A DNA stretch of 64,000 nt, from NCBI GenBank assembly GCA_012295275.1, contig CM022670.1, forward strand, positions 20,708,001 through 20,772,000, given 5' to 3'. The DNA is from Chrysomallon squamiferum. Taxonomy: Eukaryota > Animalia > Mollusca. The notes beneath the pieces were generated by a model that saw only the letters and a program-made list of their open reading frames with translations, ran no database searches and was not told where the DNA came from. This document shows positions 49,175-62,385 of this stretch, piece after piece (position 1 is the first letter of the stretch; each line of letters begins with the position of its first letter). Both the position numbers and the translations under genes were made by a program.

Positions 49175-51157
49175 TTAATAATTAAAAATATATTTTAAAT
49201 AAAAGAAAATTTATTAAATGAGTTAGATTGCAAATTATAATGAACAAATAATTTTACAGATGACAAAACGCAGTGAGATGATCAATAAGTATTATGGTAT
49301 CATTGAAAAGGAAATGAAGATCTGGGAAGATCCAAAAATGGGATATTCAATGAGAGAATTGGAATATATGTACGAATATGTTACAAGTAAAATTTAAATT
49401 TTAAACCTTATTGGTCTGAACATCAGATGCAATATCATGCAAGAGGATGCAAAGTACGACTGGAAAAAAAATCTGCTAATTGGAGAGAACGATTTTTCTT
49501 GGACCAGGATCTTCCAGAACAAGATTCTTCTCACCGACAGAAACATCATAAAATAACAGAACTGAAGAAGAACGTGCCAATCTTCTTGAAAATATTGACA
49601 TTAATTTCTATGCAAAAATAACTTACGTTTCGATATCCATCGATATGATCAATCATGTATTAATACTATTTCTTGATTATATTTGTCTTTAAATAAATAT
49701 TATTCTGTGCACGTTTAATTCGTCTATGTTGTTTATTGCATGAACACAAATTCATATATTCAAAATAGAAATAAAATAACACTAATTCATTATAGTCAAG
49801 TATCGGAAGTGTTCCCCACTCTCGGATTACACGCAGATGTTCAGTTGGTTTCCGGATCGCAGTCATCGTAAACAGTTTTCCACTGATCCGTGTTTCACAT
49901 GGATATGAGAACGGACATAACAAAAGTCAATCGGGTACGAAGAGCAAAAAGTTCATTATTTATTGAGAAAAATATCCATCACTTGTACAGTGACCTACAA
50001 TCAGTATTACGGATAAGACTGGACTGGAGCAAAAAAAAAAAAAAAAAAAAGAAGTAATAATAATGCTGTTAATGTTATTTCGCACTCTTTGCAGGTATTC
50101 TTAATACAGACATATTTGAAGAACATAAAGCTAAAGGTAATTTTATTGTTGTTATTATTATCATCATCACCATTATCTTTATCATTTTGATCCTCATTAT
50201 CGTCAGTAAATAGTAGTATTTTCAGTAGTAAAATAATTAGTAATAGTAGTAGTAGCAGTAGCAGTGTGATGATTATTATTTATATCATCTTCATCATCAT
50301 TATTATCATAATCATAATCAGTCGTAGCAACAGCAGTAAAGGTCGTAGCAGTAACAGTGTAAGTAGTAGTAGTAGCAGTTTAAGCAGTAGTAGTAGCAAT
50401 GTGATTATTATTATTTATATCATCATCATTATCGTCTTAATAATTAGTCATAGCAACAGCATTAATAGTAGCAGTAGTCTTAGCAACACAAGTAGTAGTA
50501 TTAATAGTATCAGTATCAGTTGCAGTAATACAAGCAAGAGTATAAGTATTACTAATATTATTATATTTAATTTTCAGTCACTACAGTGCACCTAAATATA
50601 AATTTAGTGAAAGTTTTCTCGTTTTGTCTTTAATTTTTCGATCTTTCTTTTTATAATTTTATACATTTTTAAATTTAAATTTATTTATTTATTTTAACTG
50701 ATTGTATAAATACTTTTTTTTATTTATTTGCCCTTCATAATTAAACGATAGGACAGAAAAATATAATAAAACGTGTAAACATCTAATATTGCGATATTGA
50801 CGAAATGTCTTCTTTTGTTTTAGTGTATTTCTGGTTTGGTTATTATTATTATTACTGCTATTACTACTACTACTAGTACTAGCACTGTAATTAGTTGTAG
50901 TAGTAGTTTTAGTAGTTATATCATCATTATCATTATCATAACTATAATCATCATCCTCACCATTATGCTTTCTGTTCCAGGTATTAATAACCTCAATTAG
51001 TTGTAGTAGTAGTTTTAGTAGTTATATCATCATTATCATTATCATAACTATAATCATCATCCTCACCATTATGCTTTCTGTTCCAGGTATTAATAACCTG
51101 ATTTTGCTAAATAAATCGACTAAACAAAATTAATATTTCAAAAAAATCTTTTTCCAG

Positions 51158-52252
51158 ATGCAAAACTGCCAATTGAAAATGAAGAAAATTCTTTTCTTGA
51201 CTGTTGTTGTCACCTCCATTTTCTTGCTGATTCTGTTTTCATCGAGGCATATTAAGGACATCAAAGTAATAAAGCAAACTATGTTTCAACCCTTAAATGT
51301 TAATGTTACCAAATCGCAGCAAGATAAAAGTGTACCTGCTAAACCTATCTCTCAGTGGTGCATGGAACAAAACATATGTAAAAAAAATGAATCGAAAACG
51401 TATTACGTTTACCACAGGAATGACACGTTTAAACGCATGTTAACTTCACCAGTGAATTATTCTAGAAATATAATCCACGAGAAAACCGTTGTTCCTAGTT
51501 TGGTTCATTTCATTTGGTTGTCTCATCTTGGACCGAAGAAAAAAATGTTTCAGTTTAAGGCTTTGGTAGCCATTTTAGCTGCACAAAGACTTATTAAACC
51601 CCAACGAATTTTTTTGTGGATTGATAGTTTTCCTGAAGGAAAATATTTTTATGAACTACTGCTAAAGGTTAAAAACCTATATCTCATTCAGAGAGAAATT
51701 CCAAAAGAAATATACGGAAGACCAGTGAATGTGTTAGAACATAAATCAGATGTTATTAGAATTGAGGCCATCTTGGAATTTGGAGGAATGTATTTTGATT
51801 TGGATTCTTTTGTTGTGAATCCTTTGGATCCTTTGCTCAAATACGAGACAGTAATGGGATATGAAACATCTAATGGTCTGGGTAGCAGTACAATCATAGC
51901 CACTCCTTGGGCAGAATTCATGAAACTGTGGCATTCGAAGTACAAGACTTTTGATGATACAAACTGGTCTGAACATGCCATATTAGTGCCTGCGAAAATA
52001 GCCCTTCAACACAAAAACTTAATTCACACTGAAGAAACCTCCCTGTGTCAACCTAACTGGAGTAAGGAAGGTCTGAATGTGCTCTATGGTACTGGGAAAA
52101 TTTACGACTGGAAGAAAAAGAATTACGTTGTACACTTGTGGTCGAAAAAGAGATCTGAAAAATATGATCCAGAAAATATCAAAGGAATGAAGAATATTGT
52201 TGGTGAAATATTCAGATATATTTATTATGGCAATGCTACGATTATTACGTAG
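51158..52252 (+). CDS. GT32-like DXD glycosyltransferase (alpha-1,4-GlcNAc/Gal transferase-like), intact, 364 aa, single coding exon
   Basis: N-terminal signal anchor (KKILFLTVVVTSIFLLILFSSR), VPSLVHFIW, HKSDVIRIEAILEFGGMYFDLD (DXD), YVVHLW. A splice acceptor tttttccag lies immediately before the ATG. Confidence 0.92.
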   Translation: MQNCQLKMKKILFLTVVVTSIFLLILFSSRHIKDIKVIKQTMFQPLNVNVTKSQQDKSVPAKPISQWCMEQNICKKNESKTYYVYHRNDTFKRMLTSPVNYSRNIIHEKTVVPSLVHFIWLSHLGPKKKMFQFKALVAILAAQRLIKPQRIFLWIDSFPEGKYFYELLLKVKNLYLIQREIPKEIYGRPVNVLEHKSDVIRIEAILEFGGMYFDLDSFVVNPLDPLLKYETVMGYETSNGLGSSTIIATPWAEFMKLWHSKYKTFDDTNWSEHAILVPAKIALQHKNLIHTEETSLCQPNWSKEGLNVLYGTGKIYDWKKKNYVVHLWSKKRSEKYDPENIKGMKNIVGEIFRYIYYGNATIIT

Positions 52253-52535
52253 TTAGCTTTGGTGTAACTGTTACTGCTGAGGTTGGGACTGCAATCATAT
52301 AAGCATTCTTCATTACAGATATATTTTTTATGGCAATGCTACTATTATTAAGTAATTTGCTTTTGGATCAGAAACTGTGTGATTACATCGATTGCATTGG
52401 ACACATGCTTTGTAGAATATCTAATTTTCTAGAATATTCTTAGGATCCTTATAATTTTATAGTCTTAGTAGGTTGAATAGATAACTCTGTCTCTGTTTGT
52501 CTGTGTGTGTTTCTCTTTATTAATATATATATATA

Positions 52536-52583
<48 letters not shown>

Positions 52584-53140
52584 GTTATTTTAAATCTGTT
52601 TTCACTATAATTATTATTTTAAATCTATTTTCATTTGCACTTTCATGTCTACGTAACATAAAAATAGCGCCTGTAATCTGTTTCATTCTTTTGTTATCTG
52701 CTTATGACTTAACCGCATGCACAACGCTACTTAGCTTTTATAATAATTCCAGAAAAAAAGAAAAAGAAAAAAAAAGATTTCTGATTCATATATAAAAATC
52801 AGTAAAAATCATTTTTGTTTTCTCCATTAGCTTATGTTAATTGACGCTTTAGTAACGTTGAAAATACACTTGAAAACATCTGGATTGGGCATTCTTTTTT
52901 TTTTTTTTTTTTAAATGTTCTTAATTAGTTTTTATTTTAAGTACATTTGTGTGAATACACAATAACAAAAATATATTTCTCTTACCAAAAATAACACTGA
53001 TCTATGTATACAACCTCCCAACGACCCCGAGACAACTAAACTAAAAAACAAAACACAAACAGCAAACAAATACCTCCCCACATCCCAAAGTAAAAAAAAA
53101 TAAAAAGTCTGAAAAATAGAAGAATAGAAGAAAAACAAGA

Positions 53141-55830
53141 AGTCTAACCACTGATCTATAGTCTAATCACAGATCTACAGTCTAACCACTGAGCTAAAGT
53201 CTGACACTGATCTATAGTCTAACAACTGATCTACAGTCTAACCATTGATCTACAGTCTAACTACTGATCTGTAGGCTGACCACTGATCTATAGTCTAACA
53301 CTGATCTACAGTCTAACCACTGATCTACAACCTAACCACTGATCTACAGCCTAACACTGATCTACAGTCTAACCACTGATCTATAGTCTAACAACTGATC
53401 TACAGTCTAACTACTGATCTATAGTCTAACCACTGATCATTATCTTACTACTGATCTACAGTCTAACCACTGATCTACAGTCCACCCACTGATCTACAGT
53501 CTAACCACTGATCTGTAATCTAAGCACTGATCATTGTCTAACCACTGATCATCATCTTACTGCTGATCTACAGTCTAACCACTGATCTATAGTCTAACCA
53601 GTGATCTGTAGGCCGTCCATTGATAACCACTGAGCTACAGTCTAACCACTGATCTATAGTCTAACCACTGATATGTAGTCTAACCACTGATCATTATCTT
53701 ACTACTGATCTACAGTCTAACCACTGATCTACATTCTAACCACTGATCTACAGTCTAGCCACTGATCTATAGTCTAACCACTGATCGACAGTCTAACCAC
53801 TGATCTGTAGTCTAAATACTGATCTATAGTCTAACCACTGATCATTATTTTACTACTGATCTACCGTCTAACCACTGATCTACCGTCTAACCACTGATCT
53901 GTAGTCTAACCACTGATCTGTAGTCTAAACACTTATCTGTAGTCTAACCACTGATCTACAGTCTAACTTCTGATCTATAGTCTAACCACTGATTTGTAGT
54001 CTAAACACTGATCTGTAGTCTAACCACTGATCTACAGTCTAACTTCTGATCTATAGTCTAACCACTGATCATTATCTTACTACTGATCTACAGTCCACCC
54101 ACTGATCTACAGTCTAACCACTGATCTGTAATCTAAGCACTGATCATTGTCTAACCACTGATCATCATCTTACTGCTGATCTACAGTCTAACCACTGATC
54201 TATAGTCTAACCAGTGATCTGTAGGCCGTCCATTGATCTACAGTCTAACCACTGAGCTACAGTCTAACCACTGATCTATAGTCTAACCACTGATATGTAG
54301 TCTAACCACTGATCATTATCTTACTACTGATCTACAGTCTAACCACTGATCTGTAGTCTAACCACTGATCTGTTGTCTAAACACTGATCTGTAGTCTAAC
54401 CACTGATCTACAGTCTAACTTCTGATCTATAGTGTAACCACTGATTTGTAGTCTAAACACTGATCTGTAGTCTAACCACTGATCTACAGTCTAACTTCTG
54501 ATCTATAGTCTAACCACTGATCATTATCCTACTACTGATCTACAGTGTAACCACTGATCTGTAGTCTAACCACTGATCTACAGTCTAACCACTGATTTGT
54601 AGTCTAACCACTGATCATTATCTTACTACTGATCTACAGTCTAACCACTGATCTACAGTCCACCCACTGATCTACAGTCCACCCACTGATCTACAGTCCA
54701 CCCACTTATCTACAGTCTAACCACTGATCTGTAATCTAAGCACTGATCATTGTCTAACCACTGATCATCATCTTACTATGGATCTACAGTCTAACCACTG
54801 ATCTATAGTCTAACCAGTGATATGTAGGCTGACCATTGATCTACAGTCTAACCACTGTGCTACAGTCTAACCACTGATCTATAGTCTAACCACTGAAATG
54901 TAGTCTAACCACTGATCATTATCTTACTACTGATCTGCAGTCTAACCACTGATCTACAGTCTAACCACTGATCTTTAGTCTAACCACTGATCTACAGTCT
55001 AACTACTGATCTTTAGTCTAACCACTGATCTACAGCCTAACCACTGATCTACAGTCTAACCACTAATCTACATTCTAACCACTGATCTACAGTCTAACCA
55101 CTGATCTACAGTCTAAGTACTGATCTACAGTCTAGCTACTGATCTATAGTCTAACCACTGATCGACAGTCTAACCACTGATCTGTAGTCTAAACACTGAT
55201 CTATAGTCTAACCACTGATCATTATCTTACTACTGATCTACCGTCTAACCACTGATCTGTAGTCTAACCACTGATCTGTAGTCTAAACACTGATCTGTAG
55301 TCTAACCACTGATCTACAGTCTAACTTCTGATCTATAGTCTAACCACTGATTTGTAGTCTAAACACTGATCTGTAGTCTAACCACTGATCTACAGTCTAA
55401 CTTCTGATCTATAGTCTAACCACTGATCATTATCCTACTACTGATCATTATCCTACTACTGATCTACAGTCTAACCACTGATCTACAGTCTAATCACTGA
55501 TTTGTAGTCTAACCACTGACCCATAGTCTAACGACTGATCTACAGACCAACCACTGATCGTTAGACTAACCACTAAAGTCTTACCACTGACCTGGATTCT
55601 AACCATTGCGTAGTATAGTTTAACCACTGAGCTACTGTAGGACAATGAACTGCAATCTAACAATGAGATACATTCTCTCCATGAGCAATAATCTAATCAC
55701 TGAACTGTAGTCTAACCATGAACTAGAGTCTAAAACCAGTGTAATGCAGTCTAACCATGAACTAGAGTCTAAAACCAGTGTAGTGCAGTCTAACCACTCA
55801 GCTACTATCTAACCATCGAGTTACAGCCTT
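53141..55830. repeat. 19-bp satellite (consensus TCTAACCACTGATCTACAG), roughly 125-130 units plus a degenerate tail
   Basis: Directly visible; recurring variant blocks indicate higher-order repeats. Confidence 0.97.
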
Positions 55831-56234
55831 GAAATGGAAAGTAAACGTTTTGATGAAGAATGATTTTTACCTTTCGATTGTTTCAACCTTTGTTTCCGAG
55901 ATTAATTGGTGAGTGGGCGAGGGCAACGACTTAGGATCCCGCCTCTTTAAATGTTAAAGTAGTATGATGTCACTGACATTATTTATTAAATTGTTACTTG
56001 AGTCATTGACTTCATTGATCAAAACATCAACTACCGCTTACGTTTGGAGAAACAACTACAATCATGACCAGTGTCTATTGATTATAAAAATATAAATATA
56101 TTTAATTGCTTAACTATTAAATAATTTGTTCTGGCAATAACAAGCTGTATTCTGTTATCGGTATTGGTATTTAGATTAAATAACAAGAACTCAATCGAGA
56201 AAGCAATAACATGATCATAAACGACTACGATGGT

Positions 56235-56276
<42 letters not shown>

Positions 56277-56887
56277 AATAATAATAATAATAATAGTAAC
56301 AGTAATAAGAAGAAGAAGAAAAAGAACATTGATAATAATAATTATTATTATAATTATGATGATGATGATAATAACAAAAGCAAGAAAACAACAAATATAT
56401 TTTATTGAATTAAAGAAAACATTTAGATATGATAAAGATATTTACTTTGTGAATAATTCTTTCAGAATACAAAATACATGCAGCTGACATAAGAGGTTCA
56501 TTTCCAGCGGTAAATAGTTTAAATACTTGACCTTTTTAAATCACCATTTCAGTTACTTCTGTCATAAATATTAAAAGTAGTGCTTCTCCTCTTTTTATCA
56601 AATTTAGTAACGCTAGCAAATATATTTAAAAAGTTTGTTTATTAATGTTGTTTTGTGCTGTTCTGGTATCTTACATAAAATGTTTCATATGAAAAATATA
56701 GATGTTTTTCTTCTTTCTTCTAATCTAAATGAAAATAATGTTGTTGATTTTTAAAATAATAGTAATAATAATAATAATAATGATAATGATGATGATGATG
56801 ATGATGATTTATTTTTTAATTTAGATTATATAATTTAGATAATAATAATTATTATTATTATTACTTATTATCTATATTATGTTTGTT

Positions 56888-58061
56888 TTATAAGCGTGTT
56901 TCTTCCTTCGAAACTTCATCTGGTCTTTCTCCGAAGTACTTATTTTCACTGAAACCACTATCAACAAAGTCTTCCAATGTCATTTGTGAATCCGTCTCAC
57001 CAGTTCTTGAAGATACAAGTGGATGATGTATGGACGAGAACAAAATTGTGCTTTTGTCTAGTCCTGAAACCTTTTTAACTTGTCTGCGAAATATATCAGT
57101 AAATTTCCTATCCATTATTTTACCTCTTGACATCTTTACATTTTGGAGATCGTAATGTAATATCTTGTAGTTAGCCCTGGTCTTCACACGCTCTGATGAA
57201 ACGTCAGCCGGTGTTTCTTGATTACTGTTTTTCAAGCTGTTTCTACAGGTTTGATCACAGTAATTAGCTACGTCCGTTCTTTCTGTTTTGTTGTCTAAAT
57301 TGTCTTTAACTGAAATGGATTGGCATTCGTTATTGTGACAAACACAGCGACTGTCGCAACCAATAGCGGTATGACTGTTTTCAAATTTACAGACGTTGCT
57401 ATTATTTCAGTATGTAACTCAGGATCACCATTCTTTTTACTAAAACGGTTTTTAATATCATTAACATTTTCTAAATAAGAATGCTTGTCAGTCGTATCAT
57501 CAGTCTTTGTTATTGTTAGGTTTTTAGCGCATGTGCTATTACAATGGAAGCTGTTGTTAACATGCTCTTTAACAGGTTTTGTGTTCAGTTCGATATATGA
57601 AATTTTCGGTGATGCTTCTTTTAAGGATACGACTTCATTTCTTCTACATCCTTTAAACAATCTGGTAGCGAGGCGACTCATTACTCGTCTGTAGTCTTTG
57701 TTTAGAATGATAAAAATTACGGGATTGACCGTGCTGTTGGCGAACGCCATTAGTGTGGTTAACAGGTCAGCGCTGTATGGTACCACGACATCTTCATTGT
57801 TAACAGACCAGAAATTGAGAATGACGTACGGCCCCCAGCACAAGAAGAAAGCAACTGGAAGAGAATGTATAAATAAATTATAGCATTATTATCACAACAA
57901 TGATTTAGAGTTGTAAAGAAGTAACGAGAACATCGTGCATATAGAAATTATAATTATTTTGGCTACACAACATCCATATTTCTGCTGCGGCTACTGCTAC
58001 TGCGATTATTACCACTACTTCTCTTATTTCTATTGTTGCCACTACTGCTACTACTACTACA

Positions 58062-58107
<46 letters not shown>

Positions 58108-58624
58108 TCATCACCATCACCACCTTCACCATCATCACTATTACTACAATCGTAAGTGGTAGTAATGGTGGGTAGTGATAGTTGTAGTAGTAATAATAGT
58201 ATTAGTATTAGTATTAGTAATAATGATAGTAGTTATATAAAATAAAATAAAGCAAATTATAAACAAAGCACTAAACCCTGCCTACAATTACTTCCGTACT
58301 TTTATTATTACTACCATTATTACCAGTACGTCACACTTCTACTACCACTGCTACTGTTGTTACCACTACTATTCTGTTGTTACCACTACTATTCTGTGAC
58401 GATTACTACTACGATAGTATCACACTGTATTTCAAAAGTATCGCTACTATCGTTAAAATTACTAGTACCATTACTGTTACTACAACTACTATCACCATTA
58501 TAGATACAATCATAACAAGTACTATTACCACTACTGATACAGTAACAACAACAATTACTTACTACTATTAATAATAATATTACTATTACTGAAACTGCTA
58601 CTACTATTACTACTACTACTACTG

Positions 58625-58657
<33 letters not shown>

Positions 58658-60127
58658 TACTACTACTACTGTAAGCGCTCGCGCGTGCGTATGGAACAGA
58701 ACTATTTTAATCACAAAATATTTCAATTTCTGCTATACAAATTCCTATAATTCTTGTTCTATTATAGCTTTAAATACAATTACTGTTAGTACAGCTACTA
58801 CCATCATTAAAATTACAACTAGTACTATTACCACTATTGATATAGTAACAACAACAACAATAACTACTAGTACAAATAATATTACTTTTACTAAAAATAC
58901 TACTTATACTACTACTACTACTACTACTGTAATAGCGCGCGCGTGTATGGAAGACAATATTTTAATCACAAATATTACAATTTCTACTTTAAACTTCCTA
59001 GAATTATGTCTTGATCTTCTGTGATTAATAGTTTTAAATACAATTACTGGTAACAAGTTAACAAGCTCAACAATGACTGACAAATTTACCTGATCTTATG
59101 GAGAAAGGAAGAGAAAGACAGACAACAAAGAGAGACGGACAGACAGACAGACAGTGTGTGTCTTCATATTGGATTAATATTAAAAGTTGTTATTTGTTTT
59201 AACTAATAATATAAATTATTACTTACCTACGGCTATTAAAACTCTTTTCACCGTTTTCAAATTTCTTGCAAACTTTGATCTGACATGGTGACGTTCTTCG
59301 TGTCGGTGCGATAATCGATCCGTTTCCGTCGTCCATACATCGATGCTATTACGATTATTGTCTCTATTATCCACATTGCTCGGTTCGTGACAAGTAAAAA
59401 CTACTTGTCTCTGAGAATCGTCTATTCGTCTGATGTGATCCCTTGCAATTTGAACTATTTTAATGTACGAAAATAGCATGAGGGAAAACGGAAGAGCCAT
59501 TCCGATAACGATAAGAAATATAGAGTAGCTAATATGTTCGAGATAAAATGGGTTGCATATCGGAATCGTCTGAGGCTGAAACCGATATTTTCCCCAACCA
59601 TACAGAGGACAGCTCGCCACAAATAGACACAATACCCAGATTCCTGAAACTACAAAACCAACTTTAAGATCTGTTGCTAGAACGGGATAACGTAAAGGGT
59701 GACGAATACAACAGTACAAATCGACGGCTATACCTGAAAGAAAGAATATAGAGCATTGCATGAGAGTGGTCGTGAGAAATGCTGTTAGTTCGCATAACTG
59801 ATATGGAAGAGGCCAACCTAATGATCCCGTAGAGATGATCCAAAATGGCAGCACTAGAATTCCTATGAGAATGTTAACAACTGCCAAGTTAGTCAAGAGA
59901 ATGGAAGAAACACTCTGTCTGGACGGCGACGTTGACGACGTTGACGTTTTGTACACAGCATAGAACATGAGAGAGTTGAATAATAGACAGGAAGCGATGA
60001 GGAGCGAGATGAGGAAGATCTGCACGCAGACGGAGAGTTGTGTGGTGAAAAACGCCGAGTCTTCGCTCACTTGGCAGAATTTGGTATGAACAGTGGTTGA
60101 GTTCAGGCATTTTTTCCACGTTGACAT
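56888..60127 (-). CDS. Rhodopsin-family (class A) GPCR, aminergic/orphan-like, two coding exons (60127-59227; 57854-56888 with a frameshift at ~57405)
   Basis: TM1-5 in 59219..60202 (LLTNLAVVN, LVLPF, WP...C, AVDLYCCIRHPLRY, W..C, LPF...F.Y.KI). Donor g|gtaagt at 59226 and acceptor ttccag at 57855 give IAV-VAFFLCWGPY (TM6) and ANSTVNPVIF...NKDYR (TM7/H8). As written, the frame stops at 57295. Confidence 0.9.
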
Positions 60128-61095
60128 TTTCTCTGAATTTACTTTAGCGCTGTTATACAGAGAGTTGTAAGAAAAATAAATTAAACAAAAACAATTCAGC
60201 AACCAGAATTTTGAAATATTTTAGTAGTGATAATTACTATTTTTAAAAAGAAATCGTTATCTTTTATTCTGTAATAGTACTATAATCATCCACATTACAT
60301 GAATTCTTCAGACAATAATATTTTCTGATCCTTCCAGATGATGATCTTGTTACCATCATGCCAGATTACTGTATGCGACTTTTTGTTAACTTTTCTGCGT
60401 TTTATAAAAGGTGTCATTGTCATACTTTGATTCTTTATTTAAAATCCAATTCCTTACATTGTCTGAAAAAATAATATAACTGAAATATGATGTAGTGTTT
60501 CAATAACAAAACAGTGGTTCACAAAATATTATCTTTTTTGATTTGTAAAGTATTGTAATACCCAGTAATTAACTGAATATCCATTCAGTTTGAAGCATAT
60601 ATCATACAAATCTTCATCAGGTAAATCCACTGTCAAACAAAATACAATTCACACTATAATCCTCTTATATTCTTTACAGAACACAAACTCCTTTATTTGT
60701 GTTTTCCGTACGAACCTATAATGCAATTGTAATAAAGTCTCCATGATATACACATATATATATATTTTTTTTTTTTTATTTTTTTAAGTCGCAAATGTCC
60801 TATATTGACAGCGCAAAACCTATTAATGTTTGAAAACAATACGCCTCTATACATACGTCACTAATTATACGTGACTATGCCTATCTTGATTTCTTTAAGA
60901 ACCAATGAAAAAACCGATATTGAACGAATGTAACAATCACCATTCATAGATTGTAATCTTAGCTCTGTGCTCGCAAACAGTTTCTCTTCTAGAAGTAGGC
61001 AAAATGTTCAGGAAGCAGTAATTATGGGTAGTGTTCGAGTCACGTAAAATCACAGAACTTGAGTATGAAGCAATAATAATAATAATAATGAAATA

Positions 61096-61147
<52 letters not shown>

Positions 61148-61554
61148 GAGAAACAGCTATAAACAATTTCTGGTTCACTGAAACAACCTTTAATGATTTT
61201 CGTGTAGTTAGAACTGCAAAAAATCGTGATAGAATTATATTGAAAACTATTACCTTTCTTCACATTTGCTAATGTAATTTTAATGCGGCGGCTTGTTTAT
61301 CGATTCTCTATGTTTATGATCAGCTACCTTAGAATTTTCGTTATTGTTATTCAGTTAATTATTAAAGTTCCGTTTGTATCAGAATTCAGATCACGTACAT
61401 TCCCATTCACCTACTTTGATTTGTTAGTGTTAGTGTTATTATTATTATTGTTATTGATATAAATTATTATTAGTAGTAGTATGTAGTAGTAGTAGCAGTA
61501 GTAGTAGTAGCAGTAGTAGTAGCAGTAGTAGCAGCATAGATAGTAAAAGGAAAG

Positions 61555-61640
61555 AGATGTGGCTCATTGGTTAAAATCCTGCCTGTGGAAGTCCTAGGTA
61601 AACGTAGCAGACATGTTTAATTTCTACCTGGTCACGTGTA
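61555..61640 (+). mobile_element. Possible tRNA-derived SINE head remnant
   Basis: A-box-like TGGCTCATTGGTTAA after a microsatellite; B box poor. Confidence 0.25.
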
Positions 61641-62324
61641 TGTATAAAATACTTTAATATTTAAAAGATTCCTTCTAGTCAGAATAGCTCATGGTTTTAT
61701 GCAGAAAGCCTCCTTTAGTCTATAATCATTATCAAAACACACCATATTCTAAAACACTAAATATAATGCATAATTTACTATTTTGGATTTATTCTCCAAA
61801 GGGCTCATTGATCACCAGTCGATAATTCAAGTCTTTATCGACAGCCTGGAAGGTCATATCGATTCCTGTGAATCGCTGGTGTGGTTAACAATGCCATCAT
61901 AGTTAACAGTTTCTAAAATATAATGATTTAATCTATCATAATATCCTACATTTTATTTTATTTTTTAAAAAGACTTCATATCACAGAGCCAAATTCTTGT
62001 AAAGTCTGTTTTACATTTTGTTTTTAAATATCAGTATTTAATTCCTTTAATATTCTAGGAAAGCAAAGACGAAGTTATTTTCCTCTAATAAATTATACAT
62101 TTACATTTCTTTATCGGTGATATTATTTTAGTAACTTTAAACAATGAATGCTTTAAAACTGATAGGCGTTGCATATTATATTATTGCTTTTTAAAAATTA
62201 TCTTACAGAAATCTCCAGTAGTTAGATAATAATGTCTAAAACTTGCGAGAACGACAAGAAGTAACGAAACCTACCAGCGTTTCCTAGAATGTGTTTCTTA
62301 ATCTTAGTAATGGTAACAACATCA

Positions 62325-62385
<61 letters not shown>

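Larger units (their letters stand above)
45420..49950. mobile_element. Endogenous viral element (parvovirus-NS1-bearing DNA virus), degraded; boundaries approximate
   Basis: Densely packed run of broken, apparently intronless ORFs centred on an NS1-type SF3 helicase, with little host-type microsatellite. No clear terminal repeats found. Confidence 0.75.

Noticed and set aside
45421-49945. Short similarity at both ends of the viral element (attgggtacaaga vs atcgggtacgaaga) as terminal repeats
   Set aside because: Too short and imperfect, and no hairpin; cannot be separated from chance.
50889-51100. ~107-bp tandem duplicate with ttccag acceptor-like sites (similar short duplicates at 43950-44180, 28316-28460, 58420-59060, 7200-7910, 9580-9745)
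   Set aside because: Routine local tandem duplications with no evidence of function.
53141-55830. Satellite as telomeric or coding repeat (contains CTAACC)
   Set aside because: Unit is 19 bp, not (TTAGGG)n or (TTAGG)n, is not a multiple of three, and yields no long ORF.
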